A stretch of 62,799 nt of DNA, counting the filler, from Globobulimina sp. (lineage: Eukaryota), in the NCBI GenBank assembly GCA_003354225.1. It is 13 parts of 13 records of this genome, joined end to end, with 100 filler letters (N's around TTAATTAATTAA, not from the genome) between each part and the next. Parts side by side here need not be neighbours in the genome. Positions count along the whole stretch, not along the records: positions 58,067 to 62,799 come from PIVH01000968.1; 12 more parts are not named here. One strand, given 5' to 3'. The notes beneath the pieces were generated by a model. That model was given only the letters and a program-made list of their open reading frames with translations. It searched no databases and had not been told where the DNA came from. Shown in pieces: positions 58,339-62,799 of the stretch (the first letter of the stretch is position 1; every line of letters starts with the position of its first letter). The position numbers were made by a program, and so were the translations under genes.

Positions 58339-61300
58339 ATGTATTGTGATTACGATCCTAAAGATTCTTTTACCCAATTCAATTTGGGAATCCCAAATTC
58401 TGACTCGCTTGTATGTGGTAAAGTAGCGCATAGTGTCGGCGAAAATACTGGTACATGTATTAAATGCGGTATTCAGGGTCATCTTGATATCAAATGTATG
58501 GCCACTATGGCACAGCGATATTATTTGTTGAATAATCGTGCTGAGTTGTTGCAAGGTATTGTGCCTAATAAATTGTTTGTTTGCGAATTAAATAAAGAAC
58601 AAATCGACTGGGTTAACAAACATCCCAATGTGGTATTCGAAGAACGATTGAAAGTTCCACGTGCACCACCAATGAAGATGACAACAAATCCAACAGGCAA
58701 AACACCAGCGCAATCGCTTCCCAAACCTGCAAAGAAACAAACTGGTATTGCTGTTCAATACGTACCAGTACAAAGTCATGCACAGTATGAAAAGGTTATG
58801 GAGAAAGAAATGTCGAAAGGAAATAAGAATGTTAAAGAAAAGAAAGCTCAGAAACAGGTAGCGACTGAAGAACAAATGGAAGTTGACAGTGCACAAAGTA
58901 CATCCACAACAGGTAGGTCCAGTATTGTAACAACAGTGCCTACAGTTCGCTTGGGAACAACCGGTCGATACCGTCCATTAGACCATCCTGGGAAATCAAC
59001 ATTTCAAAGACAACCGTATAAAGTCCGACCAATGGAAGCACCGAAAATAGTACAGAAGAAAGATGTTAGAGACGCTAAACGTGTTATGGAGCCACCTTCA
59101 GAGTCAGACGTAGCACAAGCTAAACGTCCGCGCACTCGCATTGAGCCTGTAGAAGGTACCATCAGTTATGCTGGAGTCGTGTTCCCAAATCCAACTGGGT
59201 ATGCCAATCTTTTTGACAGCCAGGCGGACAGGATTGACACTCGTGGGCGTGCACCTAACATGTTTAAGGCAGTCGCAAGACAAGGTACTTTTCAAACAGA
59301 AGGATCACCAGAGAAACATGTACTTAGTGATCAACCAGCGGAAAAACCATGTGGACGAAAACGGTTGACAATACCATCCCGAAATAAGAAAATTGCCACT
59401 CGAACTTGGGAAACATATGATGATACATTATATGCTATGAATTCAACAGCTTCGGATGAAGCACGAATAAAGAACATTCAGCATATGATTGAAATGAAAG
59501 TACCGGAAGGGCAATTATATTCGATATTGAATGGTTGGGAACCGGAATTGTTAGAGAAATGTGTCGAGAAAATTCCATCGATTAAAAGAGAGAAGTTGGC
59601 ACTGAAACAAATAGAGGAAGAACAAGTAGTACTGGAAGAATTGCCTGTGGTATACGAAAATATGGATCAAGCATTCCAAAGAACCAAAGCATTATTTTTC
59701 AAGTATCAAATCACATTGATATTAGAATTGATAGGAAGCATCCATAATAAAAGAGCAAAAACAGCATTAGTCAATCGGTTGCTACTGGATGAAGAGCTTG
59801 CTCAATTACGACGTTCACCTTATACAGTGCTATTAGAACACTATGGAACCCCAGAAGAACTAACGTTACGAACAAGTGGAGTTAGTGAATGGTTACAGGA
59901 TTCGGAAATCACAAAAGCGGGAAAACATTGGGATACCATCACAACATTTGGATTGGGTATGGATAATCCAGATTTGATTGAAGAAGGAACACCATTATTC
60001 GGAACAGCATATCAAGCACCAGATGATGCAATGACTTTTGACGTGACAGCCATCATAATTCATGTCAGCAATTTAGTACTGTTTCGTATTACAGATGGAT
60101 CATGGCGAAGAATGACAGCACTACGAAGAGCAGCTGGATTCACAACAATGAATATATCAAACATGGGATGGTTGTCTTACATCCGTAATTACAAGGATCA
60201 ATCACTTGAAAAGACAGGGTACCTTAAATGTTGGTTCAAAGCACCTAACGAAGTTGCAAAATACTGGGGCGATGACGATAGAGCCACAGTAGATTTCAAA
60301 CAACCATATGTGACACAATTTGTACGAAACGACCAAGTGACATTACGTATTCGCATACAGGATCAACCATATGAAGTATGGAACAGTGAAGGATTACCAG
60401 GGCGACCAATATTAATGCCTCGTGGAATTCATTGTCGTATGTATGCAGAAGCAGGACAGTTTACAGGAAGAATGAAAGTGGAAGAGACGATTGGAGTGAT
60501 CAGAAATTTCGTAAAGACATCAGAACATAAAAAGGCCGATCTACGATATGAAGGAAGTGATGCTCCAAAGGACATTATGTTGTGGAATGTAGTAGTCGCA
60601 TCGGACGAAGGAGTAGAATCATATATGTCAGTGAGACCATGTCAGATGATGCCACAGAAGGACACATATAATGCAGACACAGCATCAGTTGGTTCGTTTT
60701 GCTATATGTATTACATCCCAGCGAAACAAACAAGAGTGATGATTCCCCGGGAGCGACGCATAGTCCCGGAAGGAGAAAATTCGAACACGGAAAGTGATAC
60801 ATCCGAAGATGAAGATGAAGTACATCACAAACACGAAACACAAACCATACCTGCCCGGGTGGTACGGTGCGTGATTGGAGAAGAGGCTTGGAAAAGATTG
60901 TATGCATGGGCAACACCATCACAAATGAGTGCCCAATACATCCCAAAAGTCTGGCGACTGTTGAGACCAAATTTTCAAGATTTTGATTTTATCGTGATGA
61001 TGTACTCTCGTGCTCATGCATTAATGGTATTGAATGAATTGAACATTATGAGAAAAAGAGCAGCAACATTGAAATTGAACGTAACTGCAGTTGTAAAGAA
61101 CAGATACCCGAATTTGGTTTTGGAGGTTTTTATTCCCAAAGCACGTTTTTGCCCTCAGAAGGAGCTAAAGAAGACTATTTCTCAATTTACATTTCATTTG
61201 AGTAAACCTTTAGCAATCAAACTGTTACATTCAGTCATTGAACCTGAGGAAGGAGTGCAAAGTTTTTTGGTCGACGACGAAGTACCTGGAGGTAACGCAT

Positions 61301-62799
61301 ATGTAACATCCATAAAGCAGGCATATGGAGAGGAAGCAATGGTTTGTGACCTCGCAGGTCCCTTATGGGCATCTAATGCATTGCAAACGCCCGACCCGAG
61401 ATTAGTCACCGAGATTCCACCCCCTGCTGATAATGCGATGATAGCTGCGGGACGCCGTATTACTATCACATTAAATCCCGTGTCGGCCATTCCATTCATT
61501 GAGAAGATTCAGAAGACGACATTGATTGCAGTCCAAATGACACCTGCCATGAGTCATAAAAGTCAAAAACAAATGGTAGAGCAAGTAATGGAGAACAATA
61601 TTTTTGCTGCATTAGAACGAGAGAAAGTATTTCCAACAGCCGCCGTGAAAAGAAGGGATCAAAGAGACCCTGTGATGGGAGCCAAGCCAGTACAAGACAG
61701 TGTCAAGAACAAATGTATTGCATCTTTCTTAGGAGTACTATTTGAAAACAATATGGCACCATTACCCACAGTGCCAGACCAATATTATTTTGGTGGCCCA
61801 GATGGTCAGAAGATTACACTGACAAAGGAACAAAATATTTTCATTGATTCAGCATTAGAAACCTGCGGAGACGGAGTTTCAGCACTACGGCTACTGATTA
61901 GTTTAATTGGTCCACCTGGAACAGGTAAGTCGCTCACTTTGATGGCATTAGCCAAAGCAATCTTGGACAAACTGGCAGATGACGAGGGTAGAGTATGCTT
62001 CACCAAAACCATTGATGAGAAGGTGGTTCGTCAACAAGAAGTGGTAGGAATTATAACACCAACTCGTGAAGCTTCTTATTCATTGTGCACCAAAGCAGTA
62101 TTAATGATGGAATATGGGATTGCACGAATGGCGAATCAAACAAAACGATCAGGTATTACAGTTCAAGATCTACCTCGTTATCGTGTTGTATTGTTGACAC
62201 CAATTGATGCATTGGGAGTACCAATACCATACGAACAAGTAGAACGTGTTTCGATCAATTATTACATGTTCAAAGATCCAAATGCAACATCTTCCGTTAT
62301 ACAGACAAGAGCAGCCTACTTTAGAGGATGGCAACAAGTAGAGGAAATTACGGATCTTATTGCAATAGAACGAGACATCAATGTTAGACACAAGATGAAA
62401 CAGAATCAGAAAAAAATAGTTGCAAAGACAAGCAAAGATTTGAAGTCATTATACAAAGATGTCATGGACTCATGTAAGTTCAATTTGATCATAATGACTT
62501 TCAGACAAGGAGAAGCGTACTTGGGGAAGTTCAAAGTACCATTGAACATCACGACACTATTGGCCGATGAAGCATCATATGCTACGGATACAGACAGTTT
62601 TGTTGCATGTAGATTGTTGACAGAGAAAGTGGCTCGACAGATTGTGCTATGTGGAGATCCAATGCAACTGGATCCAGTCGTTCAAGCTCATGCTGCATCG
62701 GGACGATTGTATGCAATCAGTACACAATCAAGATTGTACAATCCTGGACCAATTATGAAGAAAGTACTCATGCCATATAAAGTGGAATCAGCTATCGAC
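58339..62799 (+). CDS. CCHC zinc knuckle plus Upf1-like SF1 helicase, >=1487 aa, 3' partial (absent from the ORF track)
   Basis: Manual translation of frame +1 finds no stop from the ATG at 58339 to the window end. Motifs: CIKCGIQGHLDIKC, LTKEQ, GPPGTGKS, ITPTREA, LADEAS, CGDPMQLDPVV. Confidence 0.9.
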   Translation, partial: MYCDYDPKDSFTQFNLGIPNSDSLVCGKVAHSVGENTGTCIKCGIQGHLDIKCMATMAQRYYLLNNRAELLQGIVPNKLFVCELNKEQIDWVNKHPNVVFEERLKVPRAPPMKMTTNPTGKTPAQSLPKPAKKQTGIAVQYVPVQSHAQYEKVMEKEMSKGNKNVKEKKAQKQVATEEQMEVDSAQSTSTTGRSSIVTTVPTVRLGTTGRYRPLDHPGKSTFQRQPYKVRPMEAPKIVQKKDVRDAKRVMEPPSESDVAQAKRPRTRIEPVEGTISYAGVVFPNPTGYANLFDSQADRIDTRGRAPNMFKAVARQGTFQTEGSPEKHVLSDQPAEKPCGRKRLTIPSRNKKIATRTWETYDDTLYAMNSTASDEARIKNIQHMIEMKVPEGQLYSILNGWEPELLEKCVEKIPSIKREKLALKQIEEEQVVLEELPVVYENMDQAFQRTKALFFKYQITLILELIGSIHNKRAKTALVNRLLLDEELAQLRRSPYTVLLEHYGTPEELTLRTSGVSEWLQDSEITKAGKHWDTITTFGLGMDNPDLIEEGTPLFGTAYQAPDDAMTFDVTAIIIHVSNLVLFRITDGSWRRMTALRRAAGFTTMNISNMGWLSYIRNYKDQSLEKTGYLKCWFKAPNEVAKYWGDDDRATVDFKQPYVTQFVRNDQVTLRIRIQDQPYEVWNSEGLPGRPILMPRGIHCRMYAEAGQFTGRMKVEETIGVIRNFVKTSEHKKADLRYEGSDAPKDIMLWNVVVASDEGVESYMSVRPCQMMPQKDTYNADTASVGSFCYMYYIPAKQTRVMIPRERRIVPEGENSNTESDTSEDEDEVHHKHETQTIPARVVRCVIGEEAWKRLYAWATPSQMSAQYIPKVWRLLRPNFQDFDFIVMMYSRAHALMVLNELNIMRKRAATLKLNVTAVVKNRYPNLVLEVFIPKARFCPQKELKKTISQFTFHLSKPLAIKLLHSVIEPEEGVQSFLVDDEVPGGNAYVTSIKQAYGEEAMVCDLAGPLWASNALQTPDPRLVTEIPPPADNAMIAAGRRITITLNPVSAIPFIEKIQKTTLIAVQMTPAMSHKSQKQMVEQVMENNIFAALEREKVFPTAAVKRRDQRDPVMGAKPVQDSVKNKCIASFLGVLFENNMAPLPTVPDQYYFGGPDGQKITLTKEQNIFIDSALETCGDGVSALRLLISLIGPPGTGKSLTLMALAKAILDKLADDEGRVCFTKTIDEKVVRQQEVVGIITPTREASYSLCTKAVLMMEYGIARMANQTKRSGITVQDLPRYRVVLLTPIDALGVPIPYEQVERVSINYYMFKDPNATSSVIQTRAAYFRGWQQVEEITDLIAIERDINVRHKMKQNQKKIVAKTSKDLKSLYKDVMDSCKFNLIIMTFRQGEAYLGKFKVPLNITTLLADEASYATDTDSFVACRLLTEKVARQIVLCGDPMQLDPVVQAHAASGRLYAISTQSRLYNPGPIMKKVLMPYKVESAID

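Noticed and set aside
60020-60280. RdRp-like motifs (DAMTFDVT, AGFTT..N, WGDDD) in the helicase ORF
   Set aside because: A-to-B spacing is only ~37 aa, there is no SGxxxTxxxN, and no hydrophobic strands flank the GDD. Probably chance.
53232-62799. The two large intronless ORFs as ORF1/ORF2 of one element
   Set aside because: They are on different contigs and adjacent only because of length sorting.
58067-62799. Apparently ORF-free contig suggesting an alternative genetic code
   Set aside because: Frame +1 is open in the standard code. The track missed it only because it lacks a stop.

Overview
This window is not one locus. It is 13 unrelated contigs of about 4.74 kb, sorted by decreasing length and joined by artificial 100-nt spacers (N44-TTAATTAATTAA-N44), so neighbours across spacers mean nothing. 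The DNA is from an AT-rich, very gene-dense eukaryote: it has many GT-AG introns of about 50-110 nt, plus formin, kinesin, Rab, PKA-R, SRP68, F-box and PPR genes. A protist, possibly a foraminiferan/rhizarian, is an inference. Many listed ORFs are exons of spliced genes, which I rebuilt by hand. Main findings: (1) an intact spliced gene (45472-47752) encoding a circularly permuted Rab5/Rab21-type GTPase with motif order G3-G4-G5-G1-G2, fused to a vWA domain. It sits head-to-head, 30 nt apart, with a gene for an F5/8C-SAM-phage receptor-binding-head-like protein. (2) A >=1487-aa intronless ORF missing from the ORF track (58339 to the window end), with a CCHC knuckle and a Upf1-like SF1 helicase. 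(3) A >=1233-aa orphan ORF that appears inserted into a PPR gene. (4) A perfectly paired 65-nt tRNA-like element with a shrunken anticodon arm. (5) An intron-rich beta-helix/sulfatase fusion of bacterial appearance. All family calls come from recognising motifs by eye; no searches were run.
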